Shown here piece by piece: positions 28,744-43,328 of a stretch of DNA of 64,000 nucleotides (position 1 is the stretch's first letter; each line of letters starts with the position of its first letter). Location of the stretch: the NCBI GenBank assembly GCA_964016885.1, contig OZ024742.1:330646001-330710000 (forward strand), given 5' to 3'. Both the position numbers and the translations under genes were made by a program. The notes beneath the pieces are model-generated. The model saw nothing but the letters and a program-made list of their open reading frames with translations. It had not been told where the DNA came from and did not search any database. Origin of the DNA: Eledone cirrhosa. Lineage: Eukaryota.

Positions 28744-28772
<29 letters not shown>
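28698..28772. repeat. (TTC)n microsatellite
   Basis: Direct reading; source of the poly-F ORF. Confidence 0.97.
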
Positions 28773-28774
<2 letters not shown>

Positions 28775-29046
28775 ATCCTGTATGGGTTGTGCGGTGAGGG
28801 CCCTACAACTATATCTTTATCAAATAAAGGAGGCAATCTGGAATATGTATTTGTATGGTATGTATATTCTTATATCTTCCCTGTTTATATTCGACCAATA
28901 ACGATTATAATTTCATTGTTTCCGAAGAAGACGTTATGAGAGAACCCATATAATATGCCTGAGAGTATACAGTTCTCTAACTGATATAGATCCGAAACGA
29001 TCGTAAATGTAATTACCTTTGTTAATATTATTATTATCAACTAATA

Positions 29047-29093
<47 letters not shown>

Positions 29094-29154
29094 TATATAT
29101 ATATAAATATATAAATATATATATATAAATATATAAGTATATATATACATATAC

Positions 29155-29185
<31 letters not shown>

Positions 29186-29307
29186 CATATATGTAGATGA
29201 ATCTACCAAGAGTTTACGGTAGTGTCCTATCCGTATGAAGAACTCAATGTAATCCGGATATCATGGAAAGAAGAGATGCATATACATATATATATATATA
29301 CATATAC

Positions 29308-29388
<81 letters not shown>

Positions 29389-29560
29389 TATGCGTAATTT
29401 GATGTGTTGCCCAGAAGTAAATAATGTACTGGAGATCGAATGACGCAACCTCAAGCGATTAGCGAGTTCTATATTCACCTGATCAACGAAGCAATTGTCA
29501 GTACTTTAAATAAAGCCCTTCTTGTGAGAGTCAACCATGTTACTCTTCATTCTTTAACTA

Positions 29561-29613
<53 letters not shown>

Positions 29614-29917
29614 GTAAATGTATATGACGTAATATTATTCTAATCTAGCATAAGAATAACAAAGTCCAATAATCGAATATTTTATTACAATAATGTAATA
29701 TATTTATTAAGTTAACCTTCAGCGATAACACAACTGGCCTCAATTGTCGAAACAGAATTATATGTGGCAATTCCTTTTCCTGTTCCAGTTTATAGTCCAT
29801 ATATTTGTTTTTATTTAATATAGTTATCCAAAGAAATAGCAAATCTGGCTGATATAATTTCATATCTAAGCTGATACAGAATCAGTTATCAGGGCATGTG
29901 TATATATCTAGGTATGC

Positions 29918-30042
<125 letters not shown>

Positions 30043-30104
30043 GTTCGTACTGCCTCTCGGTTTTGTTCCCGTTCAATTTTTCACTTTACATATATATACA
30101 TATA

Positions 30105-31180
30105 TATATATGAATATATGTATAGTGTATTTTGCAATACACTGTATGCTTAATTAAAAGCATTTCGAAGAAATTATGCTATTGTTTTAGAGTAGTGACA
30201 GTCTCACTTACTTTAATTTTCAGCAGCAGGGGGGATAAAGCTGGCAGAGCCCTGTTTCGCATTTTTTGATGCTTATCAAAGCTAACTACTCCACCTGTTT
30301 GCTGAAAATCATGGATGTTTGATTCTTATAGAATTCTAGTAAATAATCAGGAACTGATTATACAGAGCGGTTGCCGGTCAAGCAGAAATTGAGCATACAA
30401 TGTTATGGAAAATACACTATATATACATTCATATATATATAGCTATTTCAGAGCACCAAGCAGAAATTAAGCATACAGTGTATTGCAAAATAAACTATAT
30501 ATACATTCATATATATATAGCTATTTTAGAGCACCAAATCTAATTTTCAATTTCTGCTTGACCGGCACACGCTCTGTATAATCAGTTCCTGATTATTTAC
30601 TAGAATTCTATAAGAATCAAAATCCATGATTTTCAGCAAACAGGAGGAGTAATTAGCTTTGACAAACATCAACAAATGCGAAACAGTACTCTGCCAGCTT
30701 TATCTCCCATGTTTGCTGAAAATTAAAATAAGTGAGACTGTAACTACTCTAAAACAATAGCATAAGGTCTTCGAATTGCTTTTAATTAAGCATACAGTGT
30801 ATTGCAAGATACACTATATATACATTCGCATATATTTAGTTATTTCAGAGCACTAATTATAATTTTCAATTTCTGCTTGACTGGCAACCGCTCTGTATAA
30901 TCAGTTCCTGATCATTTACTAGAATTCTATAAGAATCAAACATCCATGATGTTCAGCAAACAGGAGAAGTAGCTAGCTTTCATAAGCATCAATGAATGCG
31001 AAACAGGGCTCTGCTAGCTTTATCTCCCCTGTTTGCTGAAAATTAAAGTAAGTGAGACTGTCACTACTCTAAAACAATAGCATAAGGTCTTCGAAATGCT
31101 TCTAATTAAGCAAAATGTGTATTGCAAAATAGACTATATATACATTCATATATATATAGCTATTTCAGAGTACCAATTCT
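30105..31180. mobile_element. Array of ~320-bp non-coding units (one inverted, two tandem, plus partial) each with a hammerhead-like motif; retrozyme-like or multimerised pseudo-LTR
   Basis: The unit (ttctgcttgac.ggca...tttactagaattctataagaatcaaa...atgcgaaacag...aagtgagactg..actactctaaaacaatagcataa) is at 30550-30860 and 30870-31180, and reverse-complemented at 30110-30390. Motif spacing 30655 to 30975 is 320 bp. Confidence 0.8.
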
Positions 31181-31270
31181 AATATATATATAAGTATATA
31201 TGTACATATATACGCATATATACACATATATACACATATATACACGCACATATACATATATACATACATA

Positions 31271-31347
<77 letters not shown>

Positions 31348-31697
31348 ATGTGCATATATGTGCATATATGTGTATATATGTGTATATGTGCGTATACATA
31401 TATATATATATATACACACACATATATATATATGTGTATATATATATATATACATATTAAAATATAAGTATTAATAAAATAGATGTTCTTTTTGATCAAT
31501 TACAATTTATTATACATATTTCGGATGTACAACAGTACGTCCGAAACAGACAAAATATAATGATACATGACATACCCTGAGATGTTAAATGGTTCAGATT
31601 GAATCAAGCTAGTGATTATCCCTAGAGAAAATGTTAATTATATCCTATTTATGAGAAAATGCGAAAACGTAATAAATTCATTAGAGAATGTGTGAGT

Positions 31698-31890
31698 AAT
31701 AATTGTTTCTACTATTGGCACAAGGCCAGTAATTACCCAGTAGATTACTGGTACTTTATTTTATCGACCCCGTAAGGATGAAAGGCAAAGTTAACCTCGG
31801 CGGGATTTGAACTCAGAATGGCAAGGGCCGTAACTATATGCGTCAAAGCATGGCGTCCGACCCTCTACCGATACTGCCAATCCACCGCCC
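31698..31890 (-). mobile_element. Full-length SINE inserted in the left inverted arm
   Basis: SINE consensus flanked by tgtgagtaataat / tgttagtaataat; absent from the matching right arm (~35265-35290). Confidence 0.9.
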
Positions 31891-32335
31891 TGTTAGTAAT
31901 AATGAACGTTGCATACTGTAACTGTTCTAAAAGTTTTAAAGTGTAGGATACTACGATATATCTCGGAAAACGTCCCATGAATCATAACAGCCAGTGATAG
32001 CCACTGGCAAAGGATTTATAAAGAGGGAAAAATAAAGGGGTGGGTGGGGGTTGATGTATTTTCGAAAGTTAAACCGTTACATTTGAAAATATTTAAATTA
32101 TAATTATAATATTAGGGTGAAGACTCCAGATTTCAGGATTATTTGCTGCTTATATATATAGTATTTATATAAATTCGATAAGTATGTTATCATTTCTAAA
32201 CTTCTGAATTTTATGAGGGTAACATTTAAAGGATTTAGCTGGTACATAAAGAATGAAATATTATACTGTTGAATATTTACCTAAATTCAAACATTAACAA
32301 ATATACCAACATATTAGCTATGTAATGCTTTATGT

Positions 32336-32978
32336 TTGTGGTTAGATCAGTATGCTTATAAGCATACTGATCTAACCACGAATAAAATAGATATAATTTT
32401 AACAGCCAGAAGAACCTTCATTAACTTCAATAATGAATTTTGGACACGGTTAGATAGAGATAGAAACTTTGATATCATTATGGTGGCATCTGACTCCGCG
32501 CAAATCACAGATCTTCTGGGAATTTTCATATTAAACATGATAAATAGAAAACTGCCTGTGATTACCGGTGGTTTATATAGAGACGACATTTTATTTACGG
32601 TGGTCAAACACAACAGTATAGAACTAAATAGAGTTAAGAAAAGTATAATAGAATTCTTTAAAGCGTACGACCTTAAATTAGAAGTAGAAGATGGTACAAA
32701 CATAGTTTATTTCCTCGACGTTACCTTTAACTTAAACACTGGCTTCTATTAACCTTTTCATAAGCCTAATGAAAACTTAAATTATGTTAGTAACTATTCA
32801 AATCACCCTAGATCTGTAAAAAAAGCTATAGTAAATAGTGTGCAAAAAAGTATTAATAAAATATGAGCTAATAAAATATATTTGATAAAAATGCTGAATA
32901 CTACAACAACGCGTTAAAAAGAGTAGGATATATGAATAATATAGAATATGTAGATAATAACAATCCAAGTATTATTCC

Positions 32979-33025
<47 letters not shown>

Positions 33026-33800
33026 GCATATATAAGAGTAACTCTAATAATTATAACTCAAACACACATACGCTAAATAAATCGGGAATACGAACTAGAT
33101 CTAAAACAGTCATATGGTTTGCACCCCATGCTTCGGTCGCAGTTAAAACCCCAATTGCAAAACTATTCTTTAAAGCTCTTGACACCTCTTTCCCTACTCA
33201 ACATAAATACCATTCCATTTTTAATAGACATACCATTAAATTCGCAAATTCTACAACCAGTAACATGGCCCAAAACATCGCTAAATTAAACGCCAAAATC
33301 CTAAAACCAAACCAACATAATGATCAAAATAATAGAGTTAACATTAATGATACTAACCCAAAATGTAATTGTAGAAATAAAACTAATTGCCCTTTGCAAA
33401 ATAATTGTTTAGATAGTAATTTGGTTTATAAATGCAGCGTAAAAACTGATAAAAAAACATACAATTACATTGGATCAACCTCGTCCACATTGAAAGCCCG
33501 TTTTGCGAACCATAAATGTTCAATCTCGAACTCTAAGAGGAAATCATCTACATCTTTATCACAGCTCATATGGTCTTTAAAAGGGAAACATTTTAAATGC
33601 TACATTCTTTGGACAAAACTTCGGAACTGTGTAATTTACCGCCACTCTAGTATATTAAATAACTGCTCGCTCTGTACAATGGAGACCATGTTGATTATTA
33701 ATAATTATGAGACCCTAATTAAAAAAAAAGTGAATTATTCTCTAGTTGCCTCCATACAACTACGTTCACTTGTTTAGCCTCACATAAAACGAGAAAGAAA
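32336..33800 (+). pseudogene. Naiad-like PLE RT (C-terminal part) plus GIY-YIG endonuclease, disrupted
   Basis: SDSAQITDLLG, GGLYRDD, FLDVTFNL, SNHP, VIWFAP, CNCRNKTNCPLQNNCL..NLVYKC...YIGSTS..LKARF.NH, CSLC..E. Stops and frameshifts present. Confidence 0.94.
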
Positions 33801-35420
33801 GAAACAATTACACCAAATCAATAACAACTCGGTTACCAGGAATATATAATCAACAGTAAAACACATTAATGGCCTTTAATATTGCTTTATGTCATAACTA
33901 TCTATAGAAGAAACAAAGCTAGAATGAATGACAATATTTCAATTAACATGCCTAAACATTGATCCACACAACATTATTTGTTAACTTTGATCAATACTAT
34001 CATTTCTTTATTTCCTTATTTCTCTATCTATCTTCCTATCTATGATTATAATTTAGTATAATACCTAATCCTTACATAGTTACGGAATTTATTTAACTTA
34101 GAATTCTTTATACATTTATGATCTCTTTTAAATTTTAGTTGAATACCCAATCCATAATTTTTTATGAAACTTATCTATAACTCTAAATTCTTAATGAGTT
34201 TTTTATCTATTATTTATAGTATAATATAGCATATATTTCTTTTAAATATATTTACTGCACTATAAAATGTAAAATCTGAGACGGATTCAAATATATAAAT
34301 GTGAATTTTTTGCTAGGCTTTCGATCTCTTATTTATTTATAATACAATGTATTATAATATGTATGTACTTATCTATTATATTTTATATATTTTTAAATAT
34401 TTTAAAATATACGTACCACATTTCTATATATATGATTCAAATATAGAGAAAATATCCAAAATAAAAATTATTATAGACATTATTTTGAACTCTGTATTAG
34501 CCATGCACTCATTGTTGTTTTTATATATATATATATATATATATATGTATTTAAATGTGATATGTTGATAAAATTATAACTGTTATCATTTGCCTAAAGT
34601 ATACTACACTAATAATACCTAATATATATCTATATATATACATCCCTGTATCTAATAATATGTTGATATCTTGGTTGAAGAATAATTAGTGCATTTACAC
34701 CCAGTTATACATAGGTATATATTTATCCTTAACATCCTTCAATATATTATATTATTTTATTTTTATCTTCGTCGTTATTATTTACCTTAAACATACTGGC
34801 TCATTAATATATACCTATATACATAATAGTTATTTAAATATTTATAACAATAAGTACTTCAAAAGCATTACATACCTAATATGTTGGTATATTTATTAAA
34901 GTTTGAATTTAGGTAAATAATCAACAGTATAATATTTCTTTCTTTATGTGCCAGCTAAATCCTTTAAATGTTACCCTCATAAAATTCAGAAGTTTAGAAA
35001 TGATAACATACTTATCGAATTTATATAAATAATATATACATAACCAGGAAATAATCCTGAAATCTGGAGTCTTCACACTAATATTTTAAATTAAATATTT
35101 TCAAATTTAACTGTTTAACTTTCTAAAAAATATATCACCTCCAAGACACACACACACACACTTTATTTTTCCGTCTTTATAAATCCTTTTCCAGTGGCTG
35201 TTATGATTCATGAGACGTTTTCCTAGATATATCTTTAAAACTTTTAGAACAGTTACAATATGCAACGTTCTTTATTACTCGGACATTCTCTAATGAATTT
35301 ATTACGTTTTCGCAATTTCTCATAAATAGGATATAAGTAAAATTTTCTCTTGGTTATTAAATTTTGTCTTGATTAAATCTTAACCATTTAACATCTCAGG
35401 GTATGTCATGTATCATTATA

Positions 35421-35470
35421 TTTCGTCTGTTGAGGACGTACTGTTGTACATCCGAAATATGTATAATAAA
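35421..35470 (+). ncRNA. Hammerhead motif at the PLE 3' end (one core substitution)
   Basis: ttcgt-CTGTTGA-ggacgtac tgtt gtacatcc-GAAA-tatgta-TA-ataaaa. A same-family copy with CTGATGA is at 60910-60968. Confidence 0.65.
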
Positions 35471-35614
35471 ATGTAATTGACCAAAAGAACATCTATTTTA
35501 TTAATAATTATATTTTAATATTAATAACTCCAGAAAACTAGATTTTACCGTTGAGTGCTTCCAATCTACTGTAAAACTCATTATTTGACATAATCATTGA
35601 ATATTGTTTAACAC

Positions 35615-35712
<98 letters not shown>

Positions 35713-35743
35713 TTATTTATGTATATATATATATATATACTAT

Positions 35744-36934
<1,191 letters not shown>

Positions 36935-36935
36935 G

Positions 36936-37002
<67 letters not shown>

Positions 37003-37004
<2 letters not shown>

Positions 37005-37510
37005 AAGGAAAAAAGATGATATCGAAAATGCAACAGGAGTCTTTCTTTTTAAATATATATTTATTTGGTTTCTTTACCACTTTTGCAGTTCTTCTACTTT
37101 TCCAATGTAGAATTGAGATGTAGGGTTTGTGGTTTTTCTCAGCTGTGATAAAAACTACAAACCCTTCATCTCAATTGTACTTTTGAAAAGAAGAAAACTG
37201 CAAAACCGGTAAAGGAACCAAATAAATACATATATTTTTTTTAAAAGTATCCAGTTGTATTTTCGATTTCATCTTTTGTCTTTATAATAACAGTCGTGTA
37301 GGAGACCTCGGGTTTTTTTTCATTTTGTCAAAAAAACATTACTTACTAATATATATATATATACATATATTGTAAGGAAAAAATATGAAATCGAATATGC
37401 AGCTGAAGTCTTTTTAAATATATTTATTTGGTTCCTTTCTCCGGTTTTGCAGTTCTTGTGCTATTTAAAAGTAGAATTGAGATGGGGGGGGGTTGTGGTT
37501 TTTCTCTCAT
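37003..37510. repeat. Palindrome 37003-37287 plus third copy 37371-37510; terminal repeats of the adjacent minus-strand PLE, each with a variant hammerhead-like motif
   Basis: Centre gtttttctcagctgtgataaaaac. Best motif 37180-37215: ctt-TTGAAAA-gaag aaaa ctgc-AAAA-ccgg-TA-aagg. Confidence 0.78.
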
Positions 37511-38290
37511 CTGGCTGGTGTTCGAATGTTATTTCTGTTCTATATGGAAAACATGTGGCTCTAAATGCTAGGTTTTCAGAAATGTAATTTGGTTGGTTGA
37601 TGAATGTCATGTGAATAAGTATAATAAATTTCGCGCTAGTTTGCGTTACACATTTCTTATTATATTTTCCTTTAAAAAAATGGCGGGAGGGGGCTCAGAT
37701 GTGTTTTCATATATGAGTGAATAAGCACGCAGTCACGTGAATAAGCACATCAAATTTCCCGCCAGTTTTTGTTTGAATTTCGTTTTTACATTAAAAAAAG
37801 GGGCTCAAGAAGGTTTGTTTTTATATAAATGAGTTGATTGCTTGTAAATGAAATTTCACTGTCACATGACATGTACATCAAATTCGCGCCGCTATTGGGA
37901 ATCTTTTTGTAGCCATTTAGAGAATTCAGTGCCAAACATAAGAAAATGGTCAAGAAAAAAGCGATGGGAAGAATTGTTCTGGATCAGTGAGAATGTCTGA
38001 TATGCTGAAATATAATTTGATTGGTTATAAATGAAATTATGACTGTCACGTGAACAAGTACATTAAATTTCGCGCCCGTATTTAGGAACTTTTTAGCCAT
38101 TTAGAGAATGTTGTGTCAAGAAAAAAACGGTGGGCAGAATTGTTCTGGTTCAGTGAGTATGGCTGATTTGCTGCGGTGTCGAAATTCAGACTTTCTGTTG
38201 AAATAAAGAAAGTAGAGATGTGTATTTTTATTTGTGTGCTGGTGTATGTTTGTGTGTGTGTGTGTTGGTGTGTGTGTGGGGGGGGGTGTA

Positions 38291-38325
<35 letters not shown>

Positions 38326-38720
38326 ATGTGTGTGTGTGTGTGTGTGTGTACATGTGTGTGTGCATGTGTGTGTGTATGGGTGTGTGTTTAGGAAGATGAT
38401 TATATTAGTAGAAATGGGGGAGGGAGTTAGGTGTATGTGTGTGTATGGGTGTTATATGTGTGTGTGTATGATTAGCATGTTAAGATGGAGAGAATATATA
38501 TATGTGTGTGTGTGTGTGTAGGAAAAGGATTCCGTTATTAGATATGGGGGAGGGAGTTATGTGTGTTGGGGGGTATGGTTAGCATGTTAAGGTGTTAGAG
38601 GATTAACGTATGTTAGGGTTTACTTAGCTGTGTTTTTTATCTTCTAATATAGGTGTCATGTGCGTGTGTGTGTGTGTGTGTTTGGATGGTTAGCAGGTCA
38701 TGGTGTTAACATAATGTATA

Positions 38721-39892
38721 TTAAACTATATTTAATGCTGGACTGTATTTTTGAATAAACATATTTTCCTTATTTATTCGTATTTGTACTGTTGTATTGT
38801 CAGCGCAAAGATAAAATGGGAAGACTTGGAATGTGGGTGTCTTATCACTTGCGCATATGTCTAGATGTGCACTGAGTGGTATATGTCTTGTGGTTGGGTC
38901 TCGTAACTGTTGACGATGAATTGTCATTCTGTTTCTGAGTGTCAGTTTAGGTTGTCCTATATAATCTTCTTTGCATCCTTTACATTTAATGGCATTAACT
39001 AAATTTTTAATGAGCAAGTGTAGTGATTTTTAACAACAAAATGTTGTCCTGATTGATATGTATACATGTTGCCTTCAATGAGGTGAATGCAGGCTCCACA
39101 ATTAGTGCGACCACATTTTTTGACAGTTGGTTGTGGGTTTGTTGTAGGTAATTTGGCATTGGTGAGTAATGTTTTTAGTGATTTCGATTGTCTTTTGCTT
39201 TTGATTATTTGTGTGTTTCAAGGGATTTTTTTTATTATTGGGCCTTGTTTCAATAGAGGGTTTTTTCTTGTGAATAATGTTGTAAGCTTCCGTTTTTCTT
39301 GGGTTGTGTGTTGAGATATATGATAGAATATTGTACGTACCTTGAATTTGTTTCTGTTTTCGTAATTCATCAATGCTTTAGCATTTTCTATTCCATCATT
39401 TATTAGTAATGGTGATTACTGTATTTCGAGCAGAATTTCCTGTAATTCTTGAAGTCTTTTATTTCGCGTTTTAGAATTGGAGACAATTGTGCAAAATCTT
39501 CATGCTACTTTAAATGGGTTGTTCGTCTTCGTGTGCTTTGGATGGTTGGAGGTGAATAGCAGGTATTGTTTGGAATCTGTTGGTTTGTAGTGTATGTCAG
39601 TTTCAATATTTGTGTCTTTTTTTATGATTAAGATGTCCAAAAATGAGATTTGATCCTGGCTGTATTCCATTGTGAATTGGATGTGGTTATTGATGCCGTT
39701 GATTACATTTTTGAAATCATTTATTTGGTCGAGTGTGTGGGACCAAAGAATAAGACAATTATCCAAGTAGTGTTTTCAATTCTCTGATTGATATTTGTGG
39801 AAGTTCAATCCGTATTTTGATTTGGAGTGTTCATATATCTTGATTTCCAAGTATGCCATCACTAAGTTAGCATACGTTGGAGCGACTTTTGT
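38721..39892 (-). pseudogene. 5'-truncated decayed Neptune-like PLE (RT plus GIY-YIG), related to the 2.5-4.9 kb element; 3' UTR runs toward ~37370
   Basis: TKVAPTYANLVMAY, YLDN, IQFTME, ISFLDI, YKPTDSKQYL...SNHP, KCGRTNCGAC, NLV.AIKCKGC..DYIGQ....LRNRMTIHRQ, terminal P.LN. Confidence 0.93.
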
Positions 39893-40263
39893 ACATATAT
39901 ATATATATATGTCTATATATACATATATGTATATATATTTTTTTTTTGGCGAGGTTTTTTATATGAAATCCTGTGTTGAAACATATATTGTTATACTTGA
40001 GGAGAGTCATATTGTTGTAATAATATTGGCATAATTAATAACAGAACACGCTCACCTTTTGATTGGTTTTCGCTTCTGCATCTTTTATATCAGTTAATTT
40101 GTTCGGTCCTCAATGTTTACCATTGACTGACAAACGGTCAAAAGTACAGATATAATATAGATAGAAACACATATATATAGGCTAACACATTTCTTTCGTT
40201 GCACATCTGTTCTGTTATTAATTCTGGCACTATTATTACAACAATATAACCGTCCCCAAATAA

Positions 40264-40340
<77 letters not shown>

Positions 40341-41086
40341 GGAGGTGAGTTTTATTGTAGTACAATAAAGCAATGCAGATATCGGATAAGAAGCACTCTA
40401 CAGTTTGTGGGACTGGAGTATGCATAATATAAGATCAAAAGATGGTTAAAGAAGTTCAATATATTTTATTATGCGCATTCCAAAAACAAACATCATCAAA
40501 CAATAATATTTGTGTTTTCATCAGATAAAACAGGAGAACATGATATGAAGGCTAAAAAAACACTTGTTGATAGTGCAGTTTTAAATCAACATATGAAAAG
40601 TGGTTTTAGATTGATGTGTGATATTGGGAAAAATATTTTATTTAGAGAGGGGGGGAGAGAAAAGGATGAAAAGGGAAGGAGATGAGAGGGAGAGATGGGT
40701 GATAGAGAGAAAGAGATAGTTTTTATAACAGAGAGGAGATATATTTTATATAGAGGGGTTGAAAACCGTTGGAAGATACGGTATAAATTAAAAATTTTGA
40801 AAATTAACGAAGGGAGGATATGTGCGAGGAAAAAATATATTATATTTAGGGAGGGGTGGGGGTGGAAAGGATGAAAAAAAGGGGAGGAGATGAGAGTGAA
40901 GGTGGAAAGGGAGAGATGGGTGATAGAGAGAAAGAGATAGTTTTTATAACTGAGAAAAAGATATAATGTTTTAATATAGAGAGGTTGGGAACCGTTGGAA
41001 GATAATGTATAAATTAAAGGAATTTGAAAATTAACGAAGGGAAATTATGTATGGAGATAGAGAGAAAAAAATAACGAAGGGAGATT

Positions 41087-42091
41087 ATGTATGCACTTTC
41101 TAAAGCCGGCTATCCAGATAAAATCAAATATAATAAAGAAACAAATTCTAGGAAAACTTACAGTAGAATATTTAATGATAACCATTCCAATAATTTTAAT
41201 AAAAGACCTAGATACAAAAACATAATCTGGTATAATGCTCCTTTCTCCATCTCTATTAATAACAATATTCCTAAATTATTTTTTAGTGCCTTAAATAAAT
41301 GCTTCCCTCCCTCACATATCTATAGTAAAATATTTAACAAACACACCATTAAATTTTCGTATTCTACATCCTCCAATATTTCCAACATCATTTCTAAACA
41401 CAACAACAAAATATTAAATACTAAATCTCTTCCTTCCAATATTGAATCTCATAATAACAATAATAGTACTCCTGACGTCATTGTAAACCCTAGGCTAACT
41501 TCTGTAAACCCAAATGCAACGTCAAACACAACTTCGCTAAATGTTCATAATCCAACTCTAAATCAAGAAACTATTATTCCTATTATTCCTATCGCAAACA
41601 ACTTCTCCAATCCAATTCCTTCTATAGATAACACTAGATCACTCATTAATAATCTCTCTAATTGCAACTGCCGCATTAAAAATAAATGTCCTCTCAACAA
41701 CCATTGCCTCGATAAAAACTTAATTTATGAATGTAAAATTACAACTAGCACCAATTCCTTCACCTATTTTGGCTCCACTTCCACCTCTTTTAAAGCTCGT
41801 CTCTATAATCATCATTCATCTTTCAAATACAAACTTAAAAGAACTAACACTGCTCTCTCAGAACTCATATGGTCCTTAAAAGACAAAAACATTAAATATA
41901 ACATCTTTTGGAAAAAGATTTCTTCTGCATCCTCGTACTTGAACAGTTCTCTATCTAAAATCTGTAATCTCTGCCTAAATGAAAAATTTACCATTATCTC
42001 TAACCTAGAATCCATAATAAATAGACGCTCGGATTTGTTTTCCATCTGCCTGCATAAATTCCATAGAACTTTTCACAAAGTATACAGTTAA
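41087..42091 (+). CDS. Uninterrupted 334-aa C-terminal portion of a Naiad-like PLE protein (post-RT region, Asn/Pro/Ser-rich linker, Cys motif, GIY-YIG endonuclease)
   Basis: ALSKAGY, IIWYNAPFS, KIFNKHTIKFSYS, CNCRIKNKCPLNNHCL..NLIYEC...YFGSTSTSFKARLYNH, TALS..IWSLK, CNLCLNEK, INRRSDL..ICLH. The ATG lies in the inverted arm. Confidence 0.85.
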   Translation: MYALSKAGYPDKIKYNKETNSRKTYSRIFNDNHSNNFNKRPRYKNIIWYNAPFSISINNNIPKLFFSALNKCFPPSHIYSKIFNKHTIKFSYSTSSNISNIISKHNNKILNTKSLPSNIESHNNNNSTPDVIVNPRLTSVNPNATSNTTSLNVHNPTLNQETIIPIIPIANNFSNPIPSIDNTRSLINNLSNCNCRIKNKCPLNNHCLDKNLIYECKITTSTNSFTYFGSTSTSFKARLYNHHSSFKYKLKRTNTALSELIWSLKDKNIKYNIFWKKISSASSYLNSSLSKICNLCLNEKFTIISNLESIINRRSDLFSICLHKFHRTFHKVYS

Positions 42092-43328
42092 TATTCAATT
42101 CTTTATCAATTTAGAATCTTTTCTCAAAGGCACATATACATACACCTCTTTAAAATATACCCATCTACCTTACTTTAAAGGGCATTATACACTCTATAGT
42201 ACTCGTTTACTCATTTACCTCATCCTATCTTCTCGTAAAACAATAACATTTGTTTTTGACATTTTGAATATTCATCCGCAATCATTATTATTTTTTTCCC
42301 TCTATCATAAATCTTTTTAATCTCAATTTCATCCTTAATTTATTATTATATATTTTTTTTAATATATACTCATATATTCTTTAAAATATACCCATCTACC
42401 TTACTTTAAAGGGCATTATACACTCTATAATACCCGTTTACTCATCACCCTCATTATATCTCCTCGTAAAACAATAACATTTGTTTTTGACATTTTGAGT
42501 ATTCATCCGCAATCATTATTATTTTTTCTCTCTATCATAAATCTTTTTAATCTCAATTTCATCCTTAATTTATTATTATTTTTTTTCTCCCCATCAACGA
42601 ACTCATTATTAATACATATGAATTCAATATAAAAACTTTAACTTCACATTATTTTTCTCAAATCCTATACATAAACTTTTTCTCTTTGCTAATTTTAAAA
42701 TTCCTACATTTCTCCTTTTGACGTTAGAATATTCACCCACAATTATTATTTTTTCTCTCGATCTCCATACATAATCTCCCTTCGTTATTTTTTTCTCTCT
42801 ATCTCCATACATAATTTCCCTTCGTTAATTTTCAAATTCCTTTAATTTATACATTATCTTCCAACGGTTCCCAACCTCTCTATATTAAAACATTATATCT
42901 TTTTCTCAGTTATAAAAACTATCTCTTTCTCTCTATCACCCATCTCTCCCTTTCCACCTTCACTCTCATCTCCTCCCCTTTTTTTCATCCTTTCCACCCC
43001 CACCCCTCCCTAAATATAATATATTTTTTCCTCGCACATATCCTCCCTTCGTTAATTTTCAAAATTTTTAATTTATACAGTATCTTCCAACGGTTTTCAA
43101 CCCCTCTATATAAAATATATCTCCTCTCTGTTATAAAAACTATCTCTTTCTCTCTATCACCCATCTCTCCCTCTCATCTCCTTCCCTTTTCATCCTTTTC
43201 TCTCCCCCCCTCTCTAAATAAAATATTTTTCCCAATATCACACATCAATCTAAAACCACTTTTCATATGTTGATTTAAAACTGCACTATCAACAAGTGTT
43301 TTTTTAGCCTTCATATCATGTTCTCCTG

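Larger units (their letters stand above)
31455..35520 (+). mobile_element. 5'-truncated Naiad-like PLE flanked by an inverted copy of its own 3' end (arms 31455-32331 and 34862-35520)
   Basis: Arms are reverse complements (e.g. catgacataccctgagatgttaaatggtt vs aaccatttaacatctcagggtatgtcatg). The coding remnant lies between them. Confidence 0.9.

Noticed and set aside
29845-29895. Minus-strand CTGATAA...GAAA-ttata-TC motif (also partial motifs near 28960-29005 and 43690-43715)
   Set aside because: Core mismatched without compensation and stems poorly paired; too degenerate to call as hammerheads
30105-31180. Regularly spaced repeats that might be taken for a CRISPR array
   Set aside because: Whole ~320-bp units repeat with no unique spacers, in a eukaryotic context with no cas genes
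32980-33025. Poly-Asn tract in the 281-aa ORF
   Set aside because: (AAT)n expansion in the variable linker of a dead PLE; no evidence of function
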